The position numbers were made by a program, and so were the translations under genes. 60,537 bases of DNA from Gemmatimonadales bacterium (lineage in GTDB: Bacteria; Gemmatimonadota; Gemmatimonadetes; Gemmatimonadales; GWC2-71-9): the NCBI GenBank assembly GCA_041577295.1, contig JBFGJG010000027.1:1-60537 (forward strand), in the 5' to 3' direction. A model generated the notes under the pieces. It ran no database searches and was not told the DNA's origin. It saw only the letters and a list, made by a program, of their open reading frames with translations. Below are positions 48,474-58,808 of the stretch, piece after piece (the stretch's first letter is position 1; each line of letters starts with the position of its first letter).

Positions 48474-49226
48474 GTGGAAGTCACCGTTTCACCCCGGCAG
48501 GTCACTGGGGTTTTCGCCCTTGCGGTCCTGGGGCTTACGCTCGCACACCTCGCCACCCGCATCGCGGATCTCGCCCTTGGCTTGGGGAGCCTGCACGGAC
48601 TCGGTCCGATGTTCAACATGGCATTCGAGGGAAACGTCCCGACGTACTTCACATCCCTTACTATGGTGTGCTGTGCCACGCTGCTCATCGCCATCGGTCT
48701 GGCTACTCGCGCCCGCCACGCGCCCTACGCGCTCCACTGGATTGGCCTCGGCGTGATCTTCGTTTATCTGTCGTTCGACGAGCTGCTCCAACTTCACGAA
48801 CGCCTCATCGAGCCGGTTCGCACCAGCCTCGGCCTCTCCGGTGCCCTGTTCTTCGCTTGGGTCGTCCCCTACGCGGTGCTGCTGGGTGCGTTAGTAGTCC
48901 TGTACGCCGGGTTCTTGCTCCACCTACCGCGCCGCACGATGTGGCTCATCGTAGGTGCAGGCATCATCTACGTGAGTGGCGCGGTGGGCGTCGAGATGCT
49001 CGGAGCCCCCTTCTACGAAGCGATCGGCTACGAGCAGATACGTCGCGCGCCCGCCGTCCTCACGGCAAGCCCGTGGTTGACGTTGCTCCAGACGGTGGAA
49101 GAGCTGTTGGAAATGGCGGGACTCGTGGCCTTCATCTACGCGCTGACGAGCTATATGAGTGAGTCGGCGGATGGGTTCTCTCTTCGAATCGTGCGGGGAA
49201 TGTTGCGCGCTAGAGGAATCAGCTAA
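48474..49226 (+). CDS. Uncharacterised multi-pass membrane protein
   Basis: About 7 hydrophobic segments with polar motifs EGNVPT, DELLQLHE, VEELLEM; GGAGG RBS. Confidence 0.75.
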   Translation: MEVTVSPRQVTGVFALAVLGLTLAHLATRIADLALGLGSLHGLGPMFNMAFEGNVPTYFTSLTMVCCATLLIAIGLATRARHAPYALHWIGLGVIFVYLSFDELLQLHERLIEPVRTSLGLSGALFFAWVVPYAVLLGALVVLYAGFLLHLPRRTMWLIVGAGIIYVSGAVGVEMLGAPFYEAIGYEQIRRAPAVLTASPWLTLLQTVEELLEMAGLVAFIYALTSYMSESADGFSLRIVRGMLRARGIS

Positions 49227-49230
49227 GCGA

Positions 49231-50415
49231 TCATTCACCGTGCCAGCGGGCAGCCTCCCGACCATGCGGCATGGTCAGCTCCGGTCGCCAGGCAAACTCG
49301 CGTAGCCAGGGATTGTCGGCACCTTCGACCGCGTCGGCGATGATCTTGCCGAGCACGGGACCAAACTTGAACCCGTGACCACTCCCACCGCTTGCCACCG
49401 TCAAACCGGGGCGATCCGGGTCCCGAGCAATCCAGAAATCGGAATCCTGCGTGTCGGCGTAGAGACAGAGTCGCGTGTACACCACGGGTGCATGGCTCAA
49501 CAGGGGGAAGGTCTCGTCGAGAAACGCGCGTAGCCGTTCATGGTCCCGTTCGGTCACCGACCGTGGCGCATCCGGCTCAAGGCATTGGCCGGGACCATGG
49601 TTCGCGATCTTCACCACCCCATCACGATTCACCGGAAACCCATAGAACCCCGTGCGCGCAATATCGGCGGTAAACACCGGGAAGCGCTCAGGACGAAACG
49701 GCGTCGGGTCGGCGGGACGGACATGGAAAACAGGGTGCCCCGTCGCGCGGATGGCATGACTCAGACTGCCGATGACACTCCCAGCCCAGGCGCCAGCTGC
49801 CACGACCACGTGGTCGGCAGTGTACTGGCGACCCTCTTCATCTCGTACTCCGACAACCTGGCCGTTCCGCTCGATGATTGAGGTTACGCGGCGCTCATCC
49901 CGAATCTCCACACCATCGACGGCCGCCTGACGAGCCAGAGCCTCAACCACGTTCCCGCTCTCGGCGTACCCACCCCGGGCGTGAAAGAAGCCATCGACGT
50001 ACCGTCCCGTGCTCCACGCAGGAAATCGCGCTTGGAGGGTGGTGGTGGACACACGCTCGGGTGCGTGTCCGCGTTTCCGTAGCAGCCGCCAGCTCTCGTG
50101 CTCGAATCCCCCAACATTCATTGGCTCGCGAGAGACCATGAGCACGCCGGTCTCGTGGAACAGCGCTTCGCCCCCTGCAGCCACCCACTGGTCGTTCCAC
50201 TCACGCCACCCGGCCTGCGCCTCTTCCGCGAGCACCATGTAGCGCTCGTCGGGGCCGTACTCCATCCGGATCACCTTGCTGATGTCGGTGCTGGCAGCCA
50301 GTGGGTTGGGAATACGACCCGCCTCCAACAGCGTGACCGCATGGCCGCGGGTACGTAGCTCGCGCGCGGCGGTCACGCCGAAAATGCCAGCGCCAACGAC
50401 AATGGTTCGAGTCAC
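49231..50415 (-). CDS. FAD-dependent oxidoreductase, sarcosine oxidase/fructosyl-amino-acid oxidase family
   Basis: VVGAGIFG, AASTDISKVIR, CLYADT, GGSGHGFKF. Confidence 0.9.
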   Translation of the reverse strand: MTRTIVVGAGIFGVTAARELRTRGHAVTLLEAGRIPNPLAASTDISKVIRMEYGPDERYMVLAEEAQAGWREWNDQWVAAGGEALFHETGVLMVSREPMNVGGFEHESWRLLRKRGHAPERVSTTTLQARFPAWSTGRYVDGFFHARGGYAESGNVVEALARQAAVDGVEIRDERRVTSIIERNGQVVGVRDEEGRQYTADHVVVAAGAWAGSVIGSLSHAIRATGHPVFHVRPADPTPFRPERFPVFTADIARTGFYGFPVNRDGVVKIANHGPGQCLEPDAPRSVTERDHERLRAFLDETFPLLSHAPVVYTRLCLYADTQDSDFWIARDPDRPGLTVASGGSGHGFKFGPVLGKIIADAVEGADNPWLREFAWRPELTMPHGREAARWHGE

Positions 50416-51530
50416 TGCGAGTTCTCGGGCACGGTGGTCGTTGCATTGCGGCCACGCGCGATGAGCCACACTCCCCAGGTGAGTACGGGGATGACGAACA
50501 CGATGATAAACGCCCACGTCAACGTCCCATAGCCCTTGGCGATCAGCCCAATGAGCCCAAACCGTGTTAGAGCGGTGGCGATCAACAGGAAGGCAACGGC
50601 GACGGCAGGACGAACGAAGGGTGCCAGGTGGCGACCGCGTTCCTCGGACACGCTCGCGATTCGCTCGTTCACCGCGTGGATCATCCCCGTTCCCGTCTCG
50701 ATGAGCGTGCCAAACAAGACGACCTGAAACACGATCTGGAACGCGCGCGATCCAAGAAGCTCCAACACATAATTGGCGGGAACTGGTCGATCGAGAATCA
50801 CCGGGTAATGGGCGACCATCGCGAAGTAGAAAAGCAACGCCGGCACCATGGCAATCGGGCCGGCGAGAAGGCCAGCTCCGAGCGCCTCCGTCCGGGTTTG
50901 CGCGTGCCGTACTACGAAGAGAACCGCGGGAATGACGGACAGATTGTATCCAGCATACTTGACGCCGGCCAACAACCACCCGCTGTCCAGCGGTTGCGGC
51001 TCAAATGCCCGAACGATCTCCTCACCGAAGCGCGCGAAGGACCAGACGAAGAGCACGACATAGACGCCATAAAGTATGACCGACCAGGCGGCCAACGCTT
51101 TCTCAATGGTCGCACTGCCCTTGAATACGAGAAATCCAACGGCTGCCATCACGCCTACCACACCCACCGCATACGGCAGGTGAAACGTCTCGTCCAGGAT
51201 GGCCCCGGCCGCCGCTCCGATGACCGCCAGCACCAGCAGCAGTTGCGCGATGTAGGACACTTCGAACAACCACCACGCGCGGCCAAGCAACCGCTGGAAG
51301 AAGATTCGGTAATCATAACTTCGAAAGACGCGTGCGAATTCGAAACTCGCGGCGCTGACAACGCTCCAGATCACCGCGGATACCAGGATCATCGCGACGA
51401 GCCCACCGGTTGGCCCCTGTGTGAGAAAAAACTCCACGATCTCGCGACCCGTACCGTAACCACCGGCGATCACCACCGACTGGAACACGAAACCGGGCAG
51501 GAGATACTTCTGAAACCAGTTGCCTTGCAC
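50412..51530 (-). CDS. YkvI-like membrane protein (putative amino-acid transporter)
   Basis: SVVIAGGYGTGREIVEFF, YAGYN, GLIGLIAKGYG; start assumed at GTG 51530. Confidence 0.85.
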   Translation of the reverse strand: MQGNWFQKYLLPGFVFQSVVIAGGYGTGREIVEFFLTQGPTGGLVAMILVSAVIWSVVSAASFEFARVFRSYDYRIFFQRLLGRAWWLFEVSYIAQLLLVLAVIGAAAGAILDETFHLPYAVGVVGVMAAVGFLVFKGSATIEKALAAWSVILYGVYVVLFVWSFARFGEEIVRAFEPQPLDSGWLLAGVKYAGYNLSVIPAVLFVVRHAQTRTEALGAGLLAGPIAMVPALLFYFAMVAHYPVILDRPVPANYVLELLGSRAFQIVFQVVLFGTLIETGTGMIHAVNERIASVSEERGRHLAPFVRPAVAVAFLLIATALTRFGLIGLIAKGYGTLTWAFIIVFVIPVLTWGVWLIARGRNATTTVPENSQ

Positions 51531-51579
51531 AGCATCCCATCCGCTTGACAGGGTATCGAGCCCGGTCGAATGTGAGGCC

Positions 51580-53208
51580 ATGCCGGCAAAACGCAACACC
51601 GATGCCGCACCCAGCACCGCCGACACGCGCTCGAGAGTTCCGCCCACCGTCTGCCACCTGCTGCGCGAGCGCGCTCGCACTCACGGCACCCGAGAGCTTC
51701 TGCGATTCGAGGGATCCCGTCTCACCTGCGCAGAGGTGGATGACCGTACGAGCCGTCTCGCCAACGCACTACGTGACCTCGGTGTCCAGCCGGGAGATCG
51801 TGTGGCCATCATGCTTCCCAACGGTTTCGACTTCCCACTGGCATGGCTGGCGGCGGCGAAGGCTCGGGCGGTGGTGGTTCCCGTCAACGTGGCTTATCGA
51901 ACGAGGGACCTCACGCACATCGTGCGGCACGCGGGTGCCAGCGTTGCGATTACACACGGTGATGAGGTACCCAAGCTGCTGGACATCCAAGCGGCGTGCC
52001 CGGCGCTCAGGAGCGTGGCCGACATTGCGGGAGACCGCGCCAGCGGCAGGACGTTCAATCTCGCGGAGCGCGCGGCTCGTGCCTCATCCGCGTGCGACCT
52101 CGCCCCACTCACGGCATCTGACCTGGTCACGATTCAGTACACGTCCGGCACGACGGGCTTCCCAAAAGGCTGCATGCTCACTCACGAGTATTGGCTCTCC
52201 CTTGCGACCATTCCGCGCGAGTACGCCGGACTCGATGCCGCCGATGTACTCCTCACCGCGCAGCCGTTCTCGTATATGGACCCGATGTGGAATCTGATCG
52301 CGGCGATGTTGGCCGGGGCACCCCTGGTCATTTTGCCACGGTTCTCTGCCTCCACTTTTTGGCAGTCGGTGCGGGACAACGAGGCGACCTTCTTCTACTG
52401 CCTCGGGACGATGCCACTGTATTTGATGAAGCAACCTGCGCAGCCTGAAATCGATCGCAGTCACCGTGTTCGGCTCGTCCTCTGCTCTGGGATTCCGCCG
52501 CACATGCACGCGGCGATCGAGGAGCGGTGGGGCTGCCCATGGCGTGAGGTCTATGGCTCCACCGAGCTCGGCGGGGTCCTCGCCGTTCCGCCAGACGACG
52601 CGACCACCGTTGGGACGGGGGCGATGGGTCGGCCGATGGCCGGACGCGAGGTGCGAGTCGTGGATGCTGACGGCGCGGACGTGATGGAGGGCGAGGTCGG
52701 TGAGCTGCTGGTCAAAGGGCCAGCCGTGATGCTCGGGTACTGGTCGGACCCGGACGCCACCGCCCATTGGCGCGTCGATGGCTGGGCACGCACCGGCGAC
52801 TTGGTCTATCGCGATGCAGGTGGGTACTTTCACCTCGTTGGACGCACCAAGGACATGATCCGGCGTGGCGGCGAGAACATCTCCGCTGCCGAGGTCGAGT
52901 CGGTGTTGTGCGAACACCCCGCCGTCCGCGCCGCGGCCTGCGTCGCGGTCCCCGATGAGCTCAGGGGAGAGGAGGTCAAAGCGTTCGTCCAACTTCAGCC
53001 GGGGGAGTCAGCGCGCTCCACGCCGCCCGCCAACCTTGCGGCTTTCCTGCGCAGCCGGATCGCCCCGTTCAAGGTCCCGCGCTACTACGAATACGTGGAC
53101 CGTTTTCCGCTCACACCGTCGGAGCGGATTGCGAAATCCGAACTCCGTACGGCCAAGCCCGACCAGCGAGTCGGGGCCTTCGATATCCTCCGAGAAGCCT
53201 GGGGATGA
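51580..53208 (+). CDS. Acyl-CoA synthetase, CaiC-like AMP-binding enzyme
   Basis: YTSGTTGFPKG, YGSTE, RTGD, GRTKDMIRRGGENIS. Confidence 0.92.
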   Translation: MPAKRNTDAAPSTADTRSRVPPTVCHLLRERARTHGTRELLRFEGSRLTCAEVDDRTSRLANALRDLGVQPGDRVAIMLPNGFDFPLAWLAAAKARAVVVPVNVAYRTRDLTHIVRHAGASVAITHGDEVPKLLDIQAACPALRSVADIAGDRASGRTFNLAERAARASSACDLAPLTASDLVTIQYTSGTTGFPKGCMLTHEYWLSLATIPREYAGLDAADVLLTAQPFSYMDPMWNLIAAMLAGAPLVILPRFSASTFWQSVRDNEATFFYCLGTMPLYLMKQPAQPEIDRSHRVRLVLCSGIPPHMHAAIEERWGCPWREVYGSTELGGVLAVPPDDATTVGTGAMGRPMAGREVRVVDADGADVMEGEVGELLVKGPAVMLGYWSDPDATAHWRVDGWARTGDLVYRDAGGYFHLVGRTKDMIRRGGENISAAEVESVLCEHPAVRAAACVAVPDELRGEEVKAFVQLQPGESARSTPPANLAAFLRSRIAPFKVPRYYEYVDRFPLTPSERIAKSELRTAKPDQRVGAFDILREAWG

Positions 53209-53212
53209 CACG

Positions 53213-54004
53213 ATGACCGAGCAGACCATCGTCTACGAACACCGCGGCCCGGTGGCGATCATGTCGTTCAACCGTCCAACCGTGCTCAACGCACTCAGCC
53301 AAGCCATGCTCGCACGGTTGCTGGAGTTGCTGCAGGAGTCTGCGAAAGATGACTCCGTACGTGTCATTGTAATTACCGGATCAGGCCGTGCGTTCTCCGC
53401 GGGGATCGATCTCAAGGAGCTGGGGTCACGGCTCTATGCGTCCGCGGGGGACGGCGCACGTGATCAGTTGGAGTTAACGCAAGAGATCACCCGACGGCTC
53501 GTCAGGCATCCCAAGGTGATCATCGCCGCGGTCAACGGTGTGGCCGTGGGGATCGGAGCGGAGTTGAGCGTCGCGACCGATCTACGAATCGCAGCCGAGT
53601 CGGCAACGTTTGCATTTCCTGAGGTCAAGCGCGCGTTGTTCGAGACCAACGGAGTTACTTATCTGTTGCCCCGCATTGTCGGCCTCGGCAAAGCGATGCA
53701 ATGGCTGCTGACGGGTGAAACCATCACCGCCGCAGCTGCGCGAGCGGCCGGTCTCGTCAACCACATCGTTCCAGCAAATCAGCTGATGGACGTGGCCATA
53801 CAGTTGGCGGAGGTCATCGCCGCCAATGCTCCTGTGTCGGTCGGCCTGGTGAAACGCACCTTGCACGACGGCTACAAGACAGACCTCGAGACCATCCTGC
53901 GCGAGGAGGTGGAGGGCGTCCTCCAATGCATGCGCACCAATGACTATCGAGAAGGCGTTCGTGCATTCCTTGAGAAACGTGATCCAATTTACCAGGGGCG
54001 CTGA
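53213..54004 (+). CDS. Enoyl-CoA hydratase/isomerase family protein
   Basis: NRPTVLNAL, AFSAGIDL, AVNGVAVGIG, EGVRAFLEKR. Confidence 0.93.
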   Translation: MTEQTIVYEHRGPVAIMSFNRPTVLNALSQAMLARLLELLQESAKDDSVRVIVITGSGRAFSAGIDLKELGSRLYASAGDGARDQLELTQEITRRLVRHPKVIIAAVNGVAVGIGAELSVATDLRIAAESATFAFPEVKRALFETNGVTYLLPRIVGLGKAMQWLLTGETITAAAARAAGLVNHIVPANQLMDVAIQLAEVIAANAPVSVGLVKRTLHDGYKTDLETILREEVEGVLQCMRTNDYREGVRAFLEKRDPIYQGR

Positions 54005-54019
54005 CTTCCGCGCCCCCTC

Positions 54020-54886
54020 TCACGCCGTGGCCAGCGCTCTAAATGACTCCTCGATTGGACCATCGAAGTGAACGTCGAGCTGTGGGAACGCGATGGTCAC
54101 GCCGGCTTGCTCCAGCGCATCCCAAACGGCCTGATGAAGCTTCGACCGCGCTGCCGGAGCGTCCCACGGGTCGTTGATCCAGACCGATACTTCGAAGTTT
54201 ACCGAGGAGTCCCCAAACTCTTTGAGGAAGACTCGTGGCTCCAGCGATCGCACGCGCCATGACAGCTGATCCGCGGTGTCACGAAGCAGGCGGTGGACCT
54301 CAGCCATGTTCGACCGATAGACGACCCCCACGGTCACACGGATGCGGTACAGCGCGTCACGCAGCGTGAAGTTCTTCACCATCGACTGCACCAACACCGA
54401 GTTCGGCACGATGATGTCTTCATCATCCCTCGAGCGTACGAGGGTGGATCTTACACCGAGCTGAATCACGCGGACCACCGTCCCCTCCACGTTGAGGATG
54501 TCCCCCGGCTTGATCGTGCGCTCGATGAGCAGGATGATTCCGGAAACGAAGTTTTGCGCAATGTTCTGCATCGCAAACCCCAGCCCTACCGCAAACACCG
54601 CACCCGCCGCAAACAGCGCACCGAGATTCACGCCGATAGTGTCGAGCGCAATCCCGGTTCCAACCAACATGACGGCGTAATGAACTAAGCGCCGCATCGC
54701 CGCGAGTGTGCCTTCATCGCCCATCTTCCGGCGTTGCAGCGCACGGCTCATCGCGTTCTGTAGCAGCACCGAGATCGCGATGCTGACGAGCAAGATCACA
54801 ACCCCCACGGCGATCGTTCCCACGGTCACCGGTGTGCCGCCGAGCATGAGCAGTGGCTGGTCGAGCACCTGTTGCAATGCATCCAT
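54020..54886 (-). CDS. MscS family mechanosensitive channel
   Basis: GLGFAMQNIAQNFVSG, IIVPNS, IAFPQLDVH. Confidence 0.93.
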   Translation of the reverse strand: MDALQQVLDQPLLMLGGTPVTVGTIAVGVVILLVSIAISVLLQNAMSRALQRRKMGDEGTLAAMRRLVHYAVMLVGTGIALDTIGVNLGALFAAGAVFAVGLGFAMQNIAQNFVSGIILLIERTIKPGDILNVEGTVVRVIQLGVRSTLVRSRDDEDIIVPNSVLVQSMVKNFTLRDALYRIRVTVGVVYRSNMAEVHRLLRDTADQLSWRVRSLEPRVFLKEFGDSSVNFEVSVWINDPWDAPAARSKLHQAVWDALEQAGVTIAFPQLDVHFDGPIEESFRALATA

Positions 54887-54990
54887 GGCGAGGCCCCCAG
54901 AAGAGAGTTGAGCTAAATAGGGACTGACGAGCGGAGGCTGGAAAGGGGAGCGAAAAGTGGGATGAGGGAGCGGGGAGTGGGTCGGCCTGT

Positions 54991-56199
54991 TTACTGCCCA
55001 CCGATTACTGGCGGCCGATGGGCGAGGGTGGCCACTGTTTCTGCCGCCGTCTCGATCTCCTGCTCGGTGTTGTAGTAATGTGGCGAGAGGCGGAGCGCCC
55101 ACTCCACGCCCTTTGCCTCGAAATCGATCACCGCGTAGGCGCGGGTACTCACGGACGTATTTATCCCGCGCTGTTCGAGCTCGCGGTGAAACGCGTCAGG
55201 CTCCCACCCAGGGATCTGCACCGTCACCGTGGCGCTCAGTGCAGGACCCCGATCGAGCACTCTGAGGCCCGCATCGCTGAGCTGCGCCCGCAGGGTGGCG
55301 GCGAGTGCGCCGCTGCGCGCTGCGATTCGCTCGACACCAATCTGGAGCCCGTATCGAGCTGCCACCCCCAAGCCGAGAACGAGCGCGTACGCAAACTCCC
55401 AATTCTCGAACCGAGCCGCCGTATCGCGGGGAACGTACTCGTCCGCCGACCGCCACGTCGCTCCCTGGAGATCGATAAACAGTGGGGCGTATCCACGCTC
55501 GAGAATCCGATCCGACACGAAGAGAAATCCGGCGCCACGCGGGCCACGGAGGAACTTTCGCGCGGTGGCGCTCAAGAAATCGCACTCGAGAGTCTCGACA
55601 TCGACGGGAAGCTGCCCGACCGACTGACAGGCATCCACGAGGTACAGAACGTTGCGGGCCCGGCACGCTTTGCCCACCGCCTCCACCGGCTGCACCAGCC
55701 CGGAGTTCGTGGGGACATGGGTGAGGGCCACCAGCCGCGGAGGTTTGGCCTCGATCGCACCAATGACCGCGTCGACGTCGATGCCACCCTCGGGGGCATT
55801 GGGCATGCGGATCACCCGTACGCCGAGACGCTTCGCCAGTGAGAGGAACATGAACTGATTCGACACGTAATCGTCCGTGCTCGTGAGGATCACGTCCCCG
55901 CGCTCGAACGGGATGGCCGACAGCGCCTGGGCGTAGGCGGCGGTAGCATTTTCGACCAGCGCGAGGTTCCGGTGCCTAGCCCCAATGAGCGTGGCCACTG
56001 CATCGTACGCCTCCGCCACGGCAGGTCGGCGCGCCTCGGCGGCCTCGTAGCCCCCGATGCGCGCTTCGAGATCCAGGTGCTCGATCATGGCGGTGATGAC
56101 GGGACGAGGCATGAGCGCGGCGCCGGCGTTGTTCAGGTGGATACGATGCTCGCATCCGGGCGTGTCCTCTCGAAAGCGATCGAGCTCCTCAGGCTGCAC
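54991..56199 (-). CDS. Class V PLP-dependent aminotransferase-fold enzyme
   Basis: HLNNAGA, VDACQS, SATARKFLRGPRG, LRLSPHYYN. Confidence 0.9.
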   Translation of the reverse strand: MQPEELDRFREDTPGCEHRIHLNNAGAALMPRPVITAMIEHLDLEARIGGYEAAEARRPAVAEAYDAVATLIGARHRNLALVENATAAYAQALSAIPFERGDVILTSTDDYVSNQFMFLSLAKRLGVRVIRMPNAPEGGIDVDAVIGAIEAKPPRLVALTHVPTNSGLVQPVEAVGKACRARNVLYLVDACQSVGQLPVDVETLECDFLSATARKFLRGPRGAGFLFVSDRILERGYAPLFIDLQGATWRSADEYVPRDTAARFENWEFAYALVLGLGVAARYGLQIGVERIAARSGALAATLRAQLSDAGLRVLDRGPALSATVTVQIPGWEPDAFHRELEQRGINTSVSTRAYAVIDFEAKGVEWALRLSPHYYNTEQEIETAAETVATLAHRPPVIGGQ

Positions 56200-56424
56200 T
56201 CACATCCTCCAGCTACCGAAGACTAGGGAACCGCCAATTGCGTTCAGCTCCTCCGATGAAGTCCACTCCACCCCGTGTCCGGGGGGGACGATCGCCCCGT
56301 GGCACAACCACCCCTGGCAAAACGACTCCACCCCCGAATCTGCGCGTGACCTCTCGCCGGGTGATGTAGTTGAAGCGTTGCGTCGACGCGCTTGAATCTC
56401 CGTCCGGCCAGTCGCTCGCCGCCA

Positions 56425-57975
56425 TCAAGCATCACGCCACTGACCAATGGGATCACGGTGGAGGGCTCGCACCGTTTCCATGGTATCTGCATCTGCGGCG
56501 TGCTTGTCCGTTCGGTAACGTTTGATGCGTGCAAAGCGGAGCGCGAGTCCTCCAGGATACTGGGTACTCTCCTGAAGTCCATTGAACGCAACCTCTACCA
56601 CCAACTCCGGCCGCACGTACACGGTATAGCGGTCGCGACTGACCTCGAGGGTGAGGAGGTGGTCGGTCTGCCATGCAAGCATCGCGTCGGTCATTCCTTT
56701 GAAAGTTTTGCCCAACATGACGAAGCTCCCGTCTCGTGGGTTGCGAGCACCGAGATGGAGATTGCTCAGCCAGCCGCGGCGCCGCCCGTGACCCCACTCG
56801 GCAGCTAGCACAACGAGATCGAGCGTGTGAGCTGGTTTGATCTTGAGCCAGGTCTGCCCGCGACTGCCCGCCTCGTAGGTGGCCTCGAGAGCTTTCACCA
56901 TGATACCCTCGTGGCCATCACCAATCGCGTTCCACAAAAAGTCCTTCGCGTCGCGTTCGCTGCTCGTCACGATTCGAGGGATGAGCCATGACGAGGGGAC
57001 GACACCGGCCATGGCGTCGAAACGCCGGGCCTGCCGCTCGTCTGTGAGGTCCCCTCCGTCAAGGTAGAGGAGGTCGAAGACGAATGGAGTGACGGGTAGT
57101 GCCGTGCGCAATCGCGCCACATCGAGCTTTCGGCCAAACCGCCGCATGGTGACCTGAAATGGCTGGGGCGTCCCATCCGACTGCAGTGCGAGCACCTCTC
57201 CATCCAGAATTGCCTCTCGGACAGGAAGCGTGCGTACGCGCTCGACAATTTCAGGAATGGCGGCGGTCACGTCGCGCAGTCGGCGCGAGAAGATCCTGAC
57301 TTCGTCCCCGGCCTTGTGTACCTGAATGCGTGCTCCGTCCAGTTTATACTCCAGAGCCGCCGTGCCCAATCGACCCAGCGCATCGCCCACACCGTCCGAA
57401 ACGGTCGCGAGCATTGGCGCGACGGGTCGGAGCAGTTGGATGGAGAGCCCGGTGAGCCCCGTCGCACCCTCGGTGAGGGCAGCACGCGCTACCTCGCCGA
57501 GGTCGCCCGTCGCCATCAACGCGCGCCGCACTATCTCACTCTGCACCTTGGAGGCGAGCGCGACGGCCTCGATCATCACCCCTTCGAGTGCCCCCTGTCG
57601 CAGCTCACCCATGAGCAGCCGGATGAGGAAATCCCGCTCATCCAGGGTGGTCCGCTGAAACAATGCGCCAAGCATGGAAAGCTTTGCCGTGGCGGAACCA
57701 GGACCGCGTTGGTCCGCAATGCGCTGAAACACCTCGTCGACTTCCCGGATGTCGAGGGAGCCCGCCTCCGCGGTTTCTCCCCACGATGTACGCAACGCGG
57801 CGGGACCGATTCCTATCCTTCCCTGGCGAGGCACACCCGTCAGCATTCCCAAGGCGATTTCGATCTCGTCGGGTGCGACCTCCTCCAGCAAGTCAGCAAG
57901 GCGTTGAACCTTCTCGTTCCGACCCGAGAGGCGGGCCACATCCTTGGAGCATTCGACAACGCGGTGGAGCTTCAA
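56425..57975 (-). CDS. ATP-dependent DNA ligase (LigB-like)
   Basis: EYKLDGARIQVH, LDGE, FDLLY, EGIMVK, WLKIK, ALRFAR. Confidence 0.95.
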   Translation of the reverse strand: MKLHRVVECSKDVARLSGRNEKVQRLADLLEEVAPDEIEIALGMLTGVPRQGRIGIGPAALRTSWGETAEAGSLDIREVDEVFQRIADQRGPGSATAKLSMLGALFQRTTLDERDFLIRLLMGELRQGALEGVMIEAVALASKVQSEIVRRALMATGDLGEVARAALTEGATGLTGLSIQLLRPVAPMLATVSDGVGDALGRLGTAALEYKLDGARIQVHKAGDEVRIFSRRLRDVTAAIPEIVERVRTLPVREAILDGEVLALQSDGTPQPFQVTMRRFGRKLDVARLRTALPVTPFVFDLLYLDGGDLTDERQARRFDAMAGVVPSSWLIPRIVTSSERDAKDFLWNAIGDGHEGIMVKALEATYEAGSRGQTWLKIKPAHTLDLVVLAAEWGHGRRRGWLSNLHLGARNPRDGSFVMLGKTFKGMTDAMLAWQTDHLLTLEVSRDRYTVYVRPELVVEVAFNGLQESTQYPGGLALRFARIKRYRTDKHAADADTMETVRALHRDPIGQWRDA

Positions 57976-58067
57976 CGCCGTGACCTCCTGTGGCTGCGTC
58001 GGAACGATCCGGCCCTCGTTAATTGGATACCGTGCTGGCCGCGACCGCCAACTACCTTGGGCCTACC

Positions 58068-58451
58068 ATGATGTCCTTCGAACGGCTAGATGCCTGGAAG
58101 GTAAGTCACGAGCTCGCGCTCGCGGTGTACCAGGCGACGGACCGCATCGCGGAAGACAAATTTGAGGAGTGTGTCGACCATTTGCGGCTCGCCGCAATTC
58201 TCGCCCCGGCAAAGCTCGCCCACGGCTCTGCGCGACGCTCGCGGAAGGCCTTCCAGCGCTTCGTCGAGATGGCAATGGGTTATCTCGCAGAGATGGGATA
58301 CTGCCTGCGCCTAGCTGGGGAGCGCGGGGTTCTGCCCGAGAATGACGTTCGCCAGCTGAGCGCATTGCGCGGGCGGGCCACCTTCTACACGTGGAAGCTC
58401 TTTCTCACGCTCGCACCCAGCCCCGACACCGATCCACCGCGAGATCACTAG
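58068..58451 (+). CDS. Four-helix-bundle protein (23S rRNA IVP/Avd-like), divergent
   Basis: FERLDAWKVSHELALAVY and RFVEMAMGYLAE patterns. Confidence 0.75.
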   Translation: MMSFERLDAWKVSHELALAVYQATDRIAEDKFEECVDHLRLAAILAPAKLAHGSARRSRKAFQRFVEMAMGYLAEMGYCLRLAGERGVLPENDVRQLSALRGRATFYTWKLFLTLAPSPDTDPPRDH

Positions 58452-58499
58452 GGCACCTCTCCGCGCAAGGCCATAAGAGGAGTCTTGGCGCGCCTGCTC

Positions 58500-58808
58500 T
58501 CAGCGACGTACGGCGTCCAAACTCACAACTGGTTCATCCCCAACGACCTCCGCGCTGTGGATCACCCCCCGCGGTACTGCGATGCTATCACCCGCAGTGA
58601 GTATGGCGGACTTGCCATGCATCGTGAGACGAAATCGACCAGAGATCACCGCGTCGACCTTGTCGACGTCGTGGGTGTGGTCGGGGAACGCAGTCCCCGG
58701 CGGATACTCGTACCGCGCCACACGGAATCCACGCTCCTCGAGCTTTTGGCGCAGTGCCGTCTCGGTAAACGGGCCGTCTTCTTGCTCGTCCCACCGCTCG
58801 ACTCGCAT
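58500..58808 (-). CDS. Cupin domain protein
   Basis: FPDHTH, GDSIAVPRGVIHSAEV; GAAGGAG RBS before ATG 58808. Confidence 0.88.
   Translation of the reverse strand: MRVERWDEQEDGPFTETALRQKLEERGFRVARYEYPPGTAFPDHTHDVDKVDAVISGRFRLTMHGKSAILTAGDSIAVPRGVIHSAEVVGDEPVVSLDAVRR

Noticed and set aside
54991..56199. Cysteine desulfurase partner for the IscU/SufU protein
   Set aside because: Lacks the catalytic Cys loop (RxGHHCA or SSGSAC); the region reads GINTSVSTRAY
56213..56428. 71-aa ORF overlapping the ligase stop, with a short direct repeat ACTCCACCCC (56265, 56325)
   Set aside because: Only two copies with no array structure, so not CRISPR; the protein has no recognisable features
44968..57975. 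Photolyase plus ATP-dependent ligase as a phage or defence island
   Set aside because: Both are ordinary repair genes about 10 kb apart; no integrase, att sites or obvious compositional shift
58068..58451. Diversity-generating retroelement Avd or 23S intervening sequence
   Set aside because: No reverse transcriptase, TR/VR repeat pair or rRNA in the window
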